A stretch of DNA of 64,000 bases, taken from assembly GCA_036229005.1 (NCBI GenBank), contig JAZAMN010000002.1, forward strand, positions 1 through 64,000, read 5' to 3'. Shown piece after piece: positions 1-8,157 of this stretch (within the stretch, counting starts at the first letter, position 1; every line of letters begins with the position of its first letter). The position numbers and the translations under genes are program-made. The notes under the pieces are model-generated. The model was not told the origin of the DNA. It made no database searches and saw only the letters and a program-made list of their open reading frames with translations. This DNA is from Myxococcota bacterium. GTDB taxonomy: Bacteria; Myxococcota_A; UBA796; CAJQPC01.

Positions 1-3
1 GCC

Positions 4-1268
4 CTTACCAATCCCCACAAACCACTGCAGCCCTCAGCCTGTAGGCCTCACGACGTAGGGAGGCCGCCCCGAAATAGCGTCTCATGGGTGTTGCCAGGAC
101 CTCCCTTGCCAGGCGGGCCAGCGAGAGGACCCGGTGGCGTCGGACGCTGTTTGCCTGGAAGGAGCGCTGGAGCTGCATCCGCTCCGCTTTCAATCCCACC
201 AGCATGAGGACCAGGGCGGCCAGACAATCCAGGAGGAGGAGGTTTGCCAGCCGCAGGATGCCTTCCGAGCGACTGAAGCGCAGACTCCTGCCAAAGCGGG
301 GACTCTTGGTGTCGCGAAAGCTCTCCTCGATCTGCATGCGCAGTCCGTAGAGATTGAGAACCATCTTGGCGGGACAATCCAGCGAAGTCACAAGGACCCA
401 AGCCTGCTTTGCTGCCTTGCGGGCCTTCTTCACTGACGCATCACCATGCCGCTTGCTCTTCTTGCGAGACCGTCTTGGGCGGATCTTCGGTTTGGCTGCC
501 ACGACAACACGAGCACGATGTTGCCGAGCTTTGGTCACTTTGGTGATTCCCAGGTCCCGGTAGACCTCGCCGGCTCCTTCCGCCAACTCTCTGCCCTTGC
601 GCCATCTCCCCGAGACACCAACGTTGGCATACCCAGTGAGCCGGCCGACGTAGTCCAGCCCGAGTCGCTCGCAGGCCCGAAACCAGTCCGTGCGGAAGCC
701 TGCGTCGGTGACGACTACGACCTTTCGACCAGCAAGGAGGGCTCGGAGTCGAATCAGGAAGGCCTCTTCCACCGAAGGCCGGCCATGATCCCGAAGTGCG
801 TGGAGCTCAAACATCAGCGGAAGCGCGCGCCCATCAGCAGGGACCGCTGCGACGAGGGCGTAGTGAGCTTCGCCTACGCGAGTCCAATCCACCAAGACCC
901 GAACCGCCCCCCTGGCCGGGAGAATGGTCTTGGCGATGGCTCCGAAGAACAGGCTGTGATCATCAAACAAACGCTGATTGGAGACCAGTCGATCCGCCCG
1001 CTTGATGGCGTGCTTGGTGGCGCCTCGTCCGCCTCGCCCGATGCCAGTCACGGACAGGCGCGCCCCGGTCACCAGAGATTCCACAGCCCAACAGACCGCC
1101 GAGAAACGGTGCGCATGAACGACCGGCGTCGGAGCCAGCACAGCAGATAGACGGAAAGCAGTCTCGGACATGAGGCCTCTCTTGCGCATGTCGCGCGATG
1201 AGTTGTTTGCAGACAACCCACAGGTCACATGTCCGAGACTTCCTGGCTAGTTTGTGGGGATCACTCGC
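4..1268 (-). mobile_element. IS4-family insertion sequence (IS10-like)
   Basis: Transposase gene bounded by a 12 bp perfect inverted repeat (ATCCCCACAAAC at 11-22, GTTTGTGGGGAT at 1250-1261) resembling IS10 ends. The transposase stop codon lies inside the left end. Exact ends are inferred. Confidence 0.85.
5..1171 (-). CDS. IS4-family DDE transposase
   Basis: Motifs VLVDWT, VVTDAGF and Y-x2-R-x3-E-x2-F-RD-x-K (YGLRMQIEESFRDTKS). Start taken at MSETAF (ATG 1171). Confidence 0.92.
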   Translation of the reverse strand: MSETAFRLSAVLAPTPVVHAHRFSAVCWAVESLVTGARLSVTGIGRGGRGATKHAIKRADRLVSNQRLFDDHSLFFGAIAKTILPARGAVRVLVDWTRVGEAHYALVAAVPADGRALPLMFELHALRDHGRPSVEEAFLIRLRALLAGRKVVVVTDAGFRTDWFRACERLGLDYVGRLTGYANVGVSGRWRKGRELAEGAGEVYRDLGITKVTKARQHRARVVVAAKPKIRPRRSRKKSKRHGDASVKKARKAAKQAWVLVTSLDCPAKMVLNLYGLRMQIEESFRDTKSPRFGRSLRFSRSEGILRLANLLLLDCLAALVLMLVGLKAERMQLQRSFQANSVRRHRVLSLARLAREVLATPMRRYFGAASLRREAYRLRAAVVCGDW

Positions 1269-1276
1269 GGCTTTGC

Positions 1277-1370
1277 CCCCCAGAAGAATCAAGTGACGAC
1301 TGGGGGTGCCAGCCTGCGGCTGGCCTCGGGGGTACCCCCCGAAAGACTGCGTGGGGCCCATGGGCCCCAC
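1277..1370. repeat. Cluster of GC-rich hairpins/palindromes (REP-like)
   Basis: CCCCCAG..CTGGGGG (1277-1306), GCCAGCC-TGC-GGCTGGC (1308-1324), TCGGGGG-TAC-CCCCCGA (1326-1342), and the perfect 20 bp palindrome GTGGGGCCCATGGGCCCCAC (1351-1370). Confidence 0.65.
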
Positions 1371-1379
1371 CCAACGTCG

Positions 1380-2225
1380 TCACTCGCGGTCGTAGGGGTT
1401 GTCCCGGTCGTCACAGAGGTCGCCGTCGATGAAGGCGCCGGAGTTCTCGTAGTACTCGTCGAGCCCGTTCTTCACGCTGGTCTTGTACAGGTCCTCGCCC
1501 ACGCTGGAGGTGATGGACGACCACAGGCTGTAGGAGCGCAGCACGCGGTCGCTCCCCTCCTCGGGGATCCAGACCTGCAGCTCGAAGCGCTGGTCCCAGC
1601 TCGTGTCGTCCGAGTCGATGGCCGGAGCGACCTCGGGCATCCAACCCTTCTGGATGATGGCCTCGCGCCCGTCGCTCAGGGTCACCCAGGCGTACTCCTT
1701 CTGGATGTCCATCCAGGCGTCCCCACCGAAGGTGTCCAGGAACACCTCGTTGTCGCTGGCCACCCGCTCCTGCTCGCGGCTCGCGAAGGCGTCGGCGTCG
1801 CCGCCCGGGAAGGTCTGCGCGTGGTACTTGGTCGTGTCGGACGCGATGCAGACCTGGTTCTCGTCAACAATCAGCGGGATCTGCTGGTCCATCGTGTACT
1901 CGACCACCGCGGAGACCGTCACCGGCCACTGGGCGCTCTCCTCGGCCGTGTCCGGGTGCGTGGCCTTGCCCAGGCGCGCATAGGGCAGGGTCGGCGGGGT
2001 CACCGCGCGGTCGTCCACGTCGGTGTCGGGCTCCATCCCCTGCTCGGCCAGGTAGGCGGCCATCTGGTCCATGCCCGCGATCAGCGCGTCATCGCCGTCC
2101 TCGCCCTCGCCGTCAAAGTTCTCGTACAGGTACAGGGTCAGCTCACCGAACTCGGCGGGGGCTTCGACGGGGGCCTTGCAAGCGAACTGCGTGCCGGCCA
2201 GCAGCAAGGGAAGGGACAGGGTCAT
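1380..2225 (-). CDS. Hypothetical lipoprotein
   Basis: GGAG RBS, hydrophobic leader ending QFAC (lipobox-like), strongly biased codons, acidic mature region. Confidence 0.75.
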   Translation of the reverse strand: MTLSLPLLLAGTQFACKAPVEAPAEFGELTLYLYENFDGEGEDGDDALIAGMDQMAAYLAEQGMEPDTDVDDRAVTPPTLPYARLGKATHPDTAEESAQWPVTVSAVVEYTMDQQIPLIVDENQVCIASDTTKYHAQTFPGGDADAFASREQERVASDNEVFLDTFGGDAWMDIQKEYAWVTLSDGREAIIQKGWMPEVAPAIDSDDTSWDQRFELQVWIPEEGSDRVLRSYSLWSSITSSVGEDLYKTSVKNGLDEYYENSGAFIDGDLCDDRDNPYDRE

Positions 2226-2300
2226 GGGGTCTCCAGCGTGGGATTTCCAGCGAGATACCACGTACAACGCCCCCTTGAGAAGCGCCCCCGGCCAACTCCC

Positions 2301-3014
2301 CTACCCCGGCCGCTTGAAGACCCACAGCGGGCAGCCCGCCATCAGACCGGTGACCTCGTCGATAAGCACCAGCCCCGCGCCGCTCAGGCGCTGCTTGAGG
2401 GCCTCCCGGTCGTGGAGGTGCAGGGTCGCATTGTCCTGCACGTGCGCAACCTCTCCTCCACTCCACGCGACCAGGTAGTGGAAGTCCATCACCGCCCGCT
2501 GCCCTTCGCGCCGGGTCACGACCTGCCGACACACCTTGAGCCGGGGCGTGTCCACCACGACCATGTGCGGCTCGCCAGGCACAAAGTCCCGCGCGGAGAC
2601 CCAGGGCTCGACCAGGACCACGCCGCCGGGCTTGAGGGCCTCGAAAGCACACCGCGCGGCCGCGGACACCCCGTCCAGGTCCAGGTGGCAGAGGGCGCCG
2701 AAGAGGAAGAGCTGAACGTCTGCTGGGGACCGCGTGGCCCAACTCGCCAGATCCGCCCGCCACAGGTCCACCCCGGGCATCCACCCCCGAGCGAGGTCAA
2801 CCATCCGCTGATCCAGATCGAAGCCCGCGACCTGGTAGTGCGCCTGCAGCGGCCGCAGGTAGCTCCCGCTCCCACAGGCCCCCTCGATGAGGCGCCCGCT
2901 GGGGTGGCCGTGCCGGGAGAGCAGCGCGTGGATCCGGTCGGCGTCTCCGGCGTAGTCCTTGTGCTGATGGACCAGCTCGTAGAGCCAGGCGGGGTCGGTG
3001 GGATCCGGCCTCAT
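2301..3014 (-). CDS. Class I SAM-dependent methyltransferase (TylM1/DesVI-like)
   Basis: Motif I LIEGACGSG, GFDLD, LKPGGVVLVEPW, N-terminal KDYAGDAD. Its ATG overlaps the upstream stop (ATGA at 3011-3014). Confidence 0.85.
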   Translation of the reverse strand: MRPDPTDPAWLYELVHQHKDYAGDADRIHALLSRHGHPSGRLIEGACGSGSYLRPLQAHYQVAGFDLDQRMVDLARGWMPGVDLWRADLASWATRSPADVQLFLFGALCHLDLDGVSAAARCAFEALKPGGVVLVEPWVSARDFVPGEPHMVVVDTPRLKVCRQVVTRREGQRAVMDFHYLVAWSGGEVAHVQDNATLHLHDREALKQRLSGAGLVLIDEVTGLMAGCPLWVFKRPG

Positions 3015-3448
3015 GCCAGGCGGATGACGTGATCGAAGGCGATGGTCAGGGTCTCGACCGCGACCTCGGAGCTGCCGGCGTTCATGCCCGGCAGGGACCA
3101 CTTGATGGGCCAGCTCTCCATGAGCACCATCGAGCGCAGGACGCTGTGGTCGCTGCGCAGGAAGTCGATGCGGACCGCGCGGTGGTCGAAGTGGCCGTTC
3201 ACGATGCGCTCCCGCCACTGGTAGAGCTCGTCGATGCCCTCGTAGTAGCGCTCCATCTCCAGGTCGTTCCAGTCCTGGCGGCCCGACATCTTGCGCACGG
3301 CGCGATCGCCGCCGTGCATGAAGGTCACCACCTCCTCTTCGGAGGTCAGCGCGCCGACCTTGTAGAAGGACGCGATGGGCGCGGTGATGCCCTCCACGTG
3401 CACGCGGAAGTGGAAGTTGCCGATGTAGTTGTTGGTCGGGTTTCCCAC
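3011..3448 (-). CDS. Phage tail tube protein (T4 gp19-like / eCIS Afp1-Afp5 family)
   Basis: 145 aa with family pattern NFHFRVHVEG..ASF..V..L, RKMSGR, LEMERY, LYQWR, WPIKWSLPGMNAGSSEVAVETLTIAF. GGAGG RBS 5 nt before GTG 3448. Confidence 0.88.
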   Translation of the reverse strand: MGNPTNNYIGNFHFRVHVEGITAPIASFYKVGALTSEEEVVTFMHGGDRAVRKMSGRQDWNDLEMERYYEGIDELYQWRERIVNGHFDHRAVRIDFLRSDHSVLRSMVLMESWPIKWSLPGMNAGSSEVAVETLTIAFDHVIRLA

Positions 3449-3503
3449 GTCCACCTCCGAGGCCCCCAGGGTACAACGGGGCCCCGCCTCCCGCAGGAGC
3501 CGC

Positions 3504-4169
3504 TCAGCCCTGGGCCAGCACCTTGAGCTGCTCGGGCTCACGCAGAATGATGCCCTCGCGCTGGGTGCAGACCAGCCCCTGCTCCTGCCAGCGGGTCATC
3601 AGGCGGATCACGGTCTCGGAGCGGCACCAGGCCATCTCGGAGAGCTCCACTCGGGTCAGGCGCAGGGGGATGAACACGCCGCGGGCGTCGGGGAGGCCGA
3701 TGCTGTTGCCGATGGTCAGGAGGCGGGTGGCCAGGCGCTGCTCGACCGAGAGGGTCGCGAGATCCTCCAGGTCCTTGGCGAAGGTCTGGTTCCGGCGCAC
3801 CTGTGTGCCCAGCAGCAGGTCCATCACCCGGGGCTGCTTGGAGGCGAGCTCGCGCATGCGGGCGCCGTCGACGAACACGCCACGGATGGAGGACAGGGCC
3901 ATGGCGGAGGCGCCGCGGCGGGCGCCCTTGCTGGCCCCCTCGATGCCGATCAGCTCGCCGCGGTGGGCGAGGTCCAGGGTGACGCGGCGCTCACCGTGCT
4001 GCCGGAAGAGCTTCACGCTACCGGAGCCGAGCAGGAAGACACCGTCGGCCAGCTCGCCTTCGGTCCACAGGAGCTGCTTGCGCTTGAAGCGAACCGGGAC
4101 CCCGAAGCCCTGGATGCGCTGGAGGGCCTCGTCGCTGGAGCTCGGGGAGGTGAAGGGGTTCAAGGTCAT
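3504..4169 (-). CDS. Crp/Fnr family transcriptional regulator
   Basis: cNMP-binding-like domain (GSVKL, GELIG) and HTH region EQRLA..LL, LTRVELSEMAWCRSETVIRLMTRWQEQGLV. Confidence 0.92.
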   Translation of the reverse strand: MTLNPFTSPSSSDEALQRIQGFGVPVRFKRKQLLWTEGELADGVFLLGSGSVKLFRQHGERRVTLDLAHRGELIGIEGASKGARRGASAMALSSIRGVFVDGARMRELASKQPRVMDLLLGTQVRRNQTFAKDLEDLATLSVEQRLATRLLTIGNSIGLPDARGVFIPLRLTRVELSEMAWCRSETVIRLMTRWQEQGLVCTQREGIILREPEQLKVLAQG

Positions 4170-4190
4170 GGCAATCTCCACAGGTGGACG

Positions 4191-4820
4191 TCAAGGGATG
4201 GAAAGGGGCGCGGAGGCGAGCTCCGGGGCGCGCATGGCCAGGCCGCCGAGGCCAAGCAGCAGCACCCCTGCAGCGACCGCGAGGCGGGCCTTTGGGAACT
4301 TCTGGAGCAGCAGCCGCAGGCTGCCGGCGGCCACGGCGAGCATCGGGACGGTCCCGGCGCCGAAGGCGAGCATCGAGATGGCGCCGCCCGCGGGCGAGCC
4401 AGCGGTCACGGCCATGGACAGGGCGGCGTAGACCAGCCCGCAGGGCAGCAGCCCCGTGACCATGCCGAAGGCGAAGCGGCCGCCCAGGCCCTGCCGGCGG
4501 GCCCAGAAGGCACCCCAGCGGGCAACGAAGGGCAGCTTGGGGCCCAGGGCGGGGACCAGATCCGCCAGCCGGGCCGCGAACCAGATCAGCAGAACCGCCG
4601 CGAGGGCGTGCCCCAACCAGGGCCAGGGCAACGCCCAGCCCACGGAGCCGGCGAGGGCCCCCAAGGTGGCGTAGGTGCTGAGCCGACCCAGGTGCCAGGC
4701 GAGCTGCCGGGCGCCGCCGCCGCTGGACGCAGCGAAGCCACCACACATGCCGACGCAGTGCGGTGAGCCGGCCAGCCCGGCGAGGGCCGAAGCCCCCAGG
4801 ATGGGGATCAGGCCCTCCAC
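4191..4820 (-). CDS. DsbD_2/TauE-SafE-like membrane protein associated with cbb3 oxidase clusters
   Basis: SPHCVGMCGG, HLGRLSTY, GLLPCGLVY, MLAFGAGT motifs and multiple TM segments. Confidence 0.85.
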   Translation of the reverse strand: MEGLIPILGASALAGLAGSPHCVGMCGGFAASSGGGARQLAWHLGRLSTYATLGALAGSVGWALPWPWLGHALAAVLLIWFAARLADLVPALGPKLPFVARWGAFWARRQGLGGRFAFGMVTGLLPCGLVYAALSMAVTAGSPAGGAISMLAFGAGTVPMLAVAAGSLRLLLQKFPKARLAVAAGVLLLGLGGLAMRAPELASAPLSIP

Positions 4821-5062
4821 CGCTCGAACTCCAGCGCAAGCAGTCGAGGCGGTCTGTCGGAGTGGAGGACCTCCACCTCGACCTCGGGGAGGCCGACTGT
4901 CTCCAGCCGGGAGCTCAGCGCCTTGGCGACCAATGAGGTGTCCGCGCCCTGAGGCACCGACACCGTGATGGCCGCGAGCCGGCCGGTGCGTTGCCGGGCC
5001 AGAGCCCAGGCCCGGCCAACGACGTCATCCACCATGCTCTCGAGTTCAAAGGACACGGACAC
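4808..5062 (-). CDS. Small hypothetical protein (84 aa)
   Basis: AAGGAG RBS before GTG, overlaps the next gene's start. Only a faint resemblance to HypA. Confidence 0.55.
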   Translation of the reverse strand: MSVSFELESMVDDVVGRAWALARQRTGRLAAITVSVPQGADTSLVAKALSSRLETVGLPEVEVEVLHSDRPPRLLALEFERWRA

Positions 5063-5112
5063 TCCTTCGGGTTCTCCACCAGCAAGGTCCGTGCCAGCCT
5101 GTCCTCGCCGAC

Positions 5113-5126
5113 ATGACGCAGGTCAG
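5113..5126. promoter_or_regulatory. Putative Crp/Fnr-type binding site
   Basis: aTGAC-GCAG-GTCAg palindrome with FNR-box spacing (consensus TTGAT-N4-ATCAA), between a Crp/Fnr-containing gene run and ccoN. Confidence 0.5.
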
Positions 5127-5176
5127 TGCCTGGGGTCGGGCCAGAAGGCACAAGGGCGGTGTGCCAAATCCCCCAT

Positions 5177-5191
5177 GCGACACATCGTCGC
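5177..5191. promoter_or_regulatory. Candidate enhancer (bEBP upstream activating sequence)
   Basis: Perfect inverted repeat GCGAC-N5-GTCGC about 60 bp upstream of the sigma-54 -24 element. Confidence 0.35.
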
Positions 5192-5247
5192 TCCCCCTAC
5201 CCGCTCAGAGAGCCCCGCTCGCTGGGTCAATCCGCCCCCGGACTGAG

Positions 5248-5264
5248 CTGGCACGGAACTTGCT
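5248..5264 (+). promoter_or_regulatory. Sigma-54 (RpoN) -24/-12 promoter of the cco operon
   Basis: CTGGCACGGAACTTGCT matches TGGCAC-N5-TTGCW exactly, 23 nt before the ccoN start. Confidence 0.85.
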
Positions 5265-5287
5265 CAAGCGGGGTTCGGAGGTAGCCC

Positions 5288-6733
5288 GTGTCACCTGAGA
5301 CTCCACAAACCAACTACGACGACGCAATCACCAAGAAGTTCGTGATCGCAGCCGTGGTCTGGGGTGCGGTCGGAATGCTTGTGGGCGTGTTGATCGCCCT
5401 GCAGCTGGCCTGGTGGCCAGCCAACGCAAACCTGCCCTTCCTGACCTTCGGTCGCCTGCGTCCCCTTCACACCAACGCAGTCATCTTTGCCTTCACCGGC
5501 AACTTCATCTTCGCCGCGATGTACTACAGCATGCAGCGCCTCTTGAAGACGCGCATGTTCAACGATGTCCTATCCCGCATCCACTTCTGGGGTTGGCAGG
5601 CCATCATCGTCGCGGCGGCCCTCACTCTGCCCGCAGGCCTGACCCAGGCCAAGGAGTACGCGGAGCTGATCTGGCCCATCGACCTCGCCATCGCGGTCGT
5701 CTGGGTGGTCATGGCCGTGAACTTCTTCGGGACCGTGGCCATCCGCAAGGTCAAGCACCTGTACGTGGCCATCTGGTTCTACATGTCGATGGTCATCACC
5801 ATCGCGGTGCTGCACATCTTCAACAACCTGGCAGTGCCCGCGACGCTCACCCGCTCCTACCCCGTGTACTCCGGCATCACCGATGCCCTGGTGCAGTGGT
5901 GGTACGGCCACAACGCGGTGGGCTTCCTGCTGACCACGCCCATCCTGGGCATCATGTACTACTTCGTGCCCAAGACCTCCGGTCGGCCGGTGTACAGCTA
6001 CCGGCTGTCCATCATCCACTTCTGGGGTCTGGTGTTCCTGTACATCTGGGCCGGCCCCCACCACCTGCTCTACTCCAGCCTCCCCGACTGGGCGCAGACC
6101 GCGGGCATGGTGTTCTCCCTGATGCTCCTGGCTCCCTCCTGGGGTGGCATGCTCAACGGCCTGCTGACCCTGCGCGGCGCCTGGGACAAGCTGCGGACGG
6201 ACCCCCTGCTCAAGTTCTGGGTCGTGGCCATCACCTTCTACGGTATGTCCACCTTCGAGGGCCCCATGATGAGCATCCGTGCCGTCAACGCCCTGTCCCA
6301 CTACACGGACTGGACCATCGGCCACGTGCACTCCGGTGCCCTGGGCTGGGTCGGTATGGCTGCGTTCGCCAGCTTCTACTACATGGTCCCCAAGCTCTGG
6401 GGGACCAAGCTCCACTCCGTGAAGCTCGCCACGCTGCACTTCTGGGTCGCCACCATCGGCATCATCCTGTACGTGCTCGCCATGTGGACCGCTGGCATCA
6501 CCCAGGGAATGATGTGGCGCCAGATCTCGCCGGAAGACGGCTCGCTGGTCCACCCGAACTTCCTGGACACGGTCCTGCAGTTGATGCCCCTGTACTGGAT
6601 TCGCCTGGTGGGCGGTCTGATGTACCTCAGCGGCGTCTTCATCATGGCCTTCAACCTGTGGAAGACCGCAAGCGGTGCCCCTGCTGAGCAGGACGCGTCC
6701 GCCGCTGTCTCCGACCCCACCCCCGCCAAGTAA
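5288..6733 (+). CDS. ccoN: cbb3-type cytochrome c oxidase subunit I
   Basis: GRLRPLHTNAVIFAF, QWWYGHNAVGF, WAGPHHL, WTIGHVHSGALGW. GGAGG RBS. Confidence 0.98.
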   Translation: MSPETPQTNYDDAITKKFVIAAVVWGAVGMLVGVLIALQLAWWPANANLPFLTFGRLRPLHTNAVIFAFTGNFIFAAMYYSMQRLLKTRMFNDVLSRIHFWGWQAIIVAAALTLPAGLTQAKEYAELIWPIDLAIAVVWVVMAVNFFGTVAIRKVKHLYVAIWFYMSMVITIAVLHIFNNLAVPATLTRSYPVYSGITDALVQWWYGHNAVGFLLTTPILGIMYYFVPKTSGRPVYSYRLSIIHFWGLVFLYIWAGPHHLLYSSLPDWAQTAGMVFSLMLLAPSWGGMLNGLLTLRGAWDKLRTDPLLKFWVVAITFYGMSTFEGPMMSIRAVNALSHYTDWTIGHVHSGALGWVGMAAFASFYYMVPKLWGTKLHSVKLATLHFWVATIGIILYVLAMWTAGITQGMMWRQISPEDGSLVHPNFLDTVLQLMPLYWIRLVGGLMYLSGVFIMAFNLWKTASGAPAEQDASAAVSDPTPAK

Positions 6734-6744
6734 GGAGGCCCCAA

Positions 6745-7482
6745 ATGGCAGACAGCTTCCACAGGCGTGTCCTCGAGTCCAACGGCGCCCGCCTGGCCGT
6801 CCTCACCACGGTGATGATCTCCATCGGCGCCCTGGTCGAGATCGTCCCCATGTACTCCGAGGCCCTCGGTCCGGAGCCCCTGGAGGGCGTCGAGCCCCTC
6901 ACCCCCCTGGAGCTCGCCGGTCGGGACATCTACATCCGGGAGGGCTGCTACAACTGCCACTCCCAGATGGTCCGTCCCTTCCGCGACGAGACCCTGCGCT
7001 ACGGTCCCTGGACCCGCGCTGGTGAGCTGGTCTACGAGCGCCCCTTCCAGATGGGCTCCCGCCGCATCGGCCCCGACCTCCAGCGGGTCGGCGGCAAGTG
7101 GGGCGACGACTGGCACTACAACCACATGAAGAACCCGCGCGACACCAGCCCGGGGTCCATCATGCCCAACTACCCCTGGCTCTTTGACCGCAAGGTGGAC
7201 ACGGAGGACGTTCAGGCCTCCCTCACCGCGCTGCAGAAGCTCGGGACCCCCTACTCCGACGAGGACATCGCCAACGCTGGCCAGTCCATGCAGGAGCAGG
7301 GTCAGGGCCACGTGGACTTCCTGGCCGGCAAGGGCATCACCGCCGAGCCTGACGACGAGATCATCGCCATGATCGCCTACCTCCAGCACCTGGGTGTGGA
7401 CGGTCGGGCCGCGATCGAGAAGCAGGCGGCTGCCGCGAGCGACGAGAGCCCCGAGCGCTCGCTGGCCGCGGCGGAGGAGTAG
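6745..7482 (+). CDS. ccoO: cbb3-type cytochrome c oxidase subunit II
   Basis: GRDIYIREGCYNCHSQMVRP, GSRRIGPDL, SIMPNYPWL. Confidence 0.97.
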   Translation: MADSFHRRVLESNGARLAVLTTVMISIGALVEIVPMYSEALGPEPLEGVEPLTPLELAGRDIYIREGCYNCHSQMVRPFRDETLRYGPWTRAGELVYERPFQMGSRRIGPDLQRVGGKWGDDWHYNHMKNPRDTSPGSIMPNYPWLFDRKVDTEDVQASLTALQKLGTPYSDEDIANAGQSMQEQGQGHVDFLAGKGITAEPDDEIIAMIAYLQHLGVDGRAAIEKQAAAASDESPERSLAAAEE

Positions 7483-7485
7483 GCC

Positions 7486-7665
7486 ATGCGACTGAACTTC
7501 GCCTCCTACCTGGCAAGCGTGCCCGAGGCCTGGATCATGGGCTTCACCACGATCTTCTTCCTCGCGGTCTTTGTCACCTGGACCCTCTGGGCCTGGTGGC
7601 CGGCCAACAAGGAGCGGCTGGATGAGGCCGCTCACCTCCCCTTCGAAGATGGAGACCTGTCATGA
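7486..7665 (+). CDS. ccoQ: cbb3-type cytochrome c oxidase subunit CcoQ (59 aa, not in ORF track)
   Basis: Hand translation gives MRLNFASYLASVPEAWIMGFTTIFFLAVFVTWTLWAWWPANKERLDEAAHLPFEDGDLS: one TM plus the EAAxLPF tail, lying between ccoO and ccoP with an ATGA overlap. Confidence 0.88.
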   Translation: MRLNFASYLASVPEAWIMGFTTIFFLAVFVTWTLWAWWPANKERLDEAAHLPFEDGDLS

Positions 7666-8156
7666 GCAACGAGCAGGACCAGATCCTCGGCCATGGCGAG
7701 GAGTGTGATGGGATCGAGGAGTACGACAACGACCTCCCCGGTTGGTGGGTCGGACTCTTCATCGTCTCCATCATCTTCGCCATCGGCTACACCGCGAACT
7801 ACCACTTCATCTCGCAGACCTCCCAGACGGCCCAGTACCAGGCCCAGATGGATGAGGCTGCGGCCCTGTGGCCCGCTCCGGAGGGGCCCATCGCGGTCAC
7901 CGACGAGATGGTCGCAGAGGGCAAGGAGATCTACATGACCAACTGCATTGGTTGTCACGGTCCCGAGCTCAAGGGTGGCATCGGTCCCGACCTGACCGAC
8001 GCCGAGTGGATCCACGGTGGAAGCCTGGCCGAGATCGAGCACACCGTCACCGAGGGTGTGCCTGAGAAGGGCATGGTCGCCTGGGGCTCCATCCTGGGCC
8101 CCGTGAAGATCCAGAAGGTCACGGCCTTCGTGCACTCCTCGGGCGGTGGGCAGTAG
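7662..8156 (+). CDS. ccoP: cbb3-type cytochrome c oxidase subunit III (monoheme)
   Basis: DGIEEYDNDLPGWW N-terminus, single CIGCH, GPDLTDAEWIHGG, GMVAW. Confidence 0.93.
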   Translation: MSNEQDQILGHGEECDGIEEYDNDLPGWWVGLFIVSIIFAIGYTANYHFISQTSQTAQYQAQMDEAAALWPAPEGPIAVTDEMVAEGKEIYMTNCIGCHGPELKGGIGPDLTDAEWIHGGSLAEIEHTVTEGVPEKGMVAWGSILGPVKIQKVTAFVHSSGGGQ

Positions 8157-8157
8157 C

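Noticed and set aside
2301..3476. 391 aa methyltransferase as one ORF or a tube fusion
   Set aside because: The upstream part is an alternative frame of the tube gene; the ATGA overlap at 3011-3014 gives the natural start.
1380..5062. Prophage around the tail tube gene
   Set aside because: No integrase, capsid, terminase, portal or lysis genes, and no obvious compositional shift.
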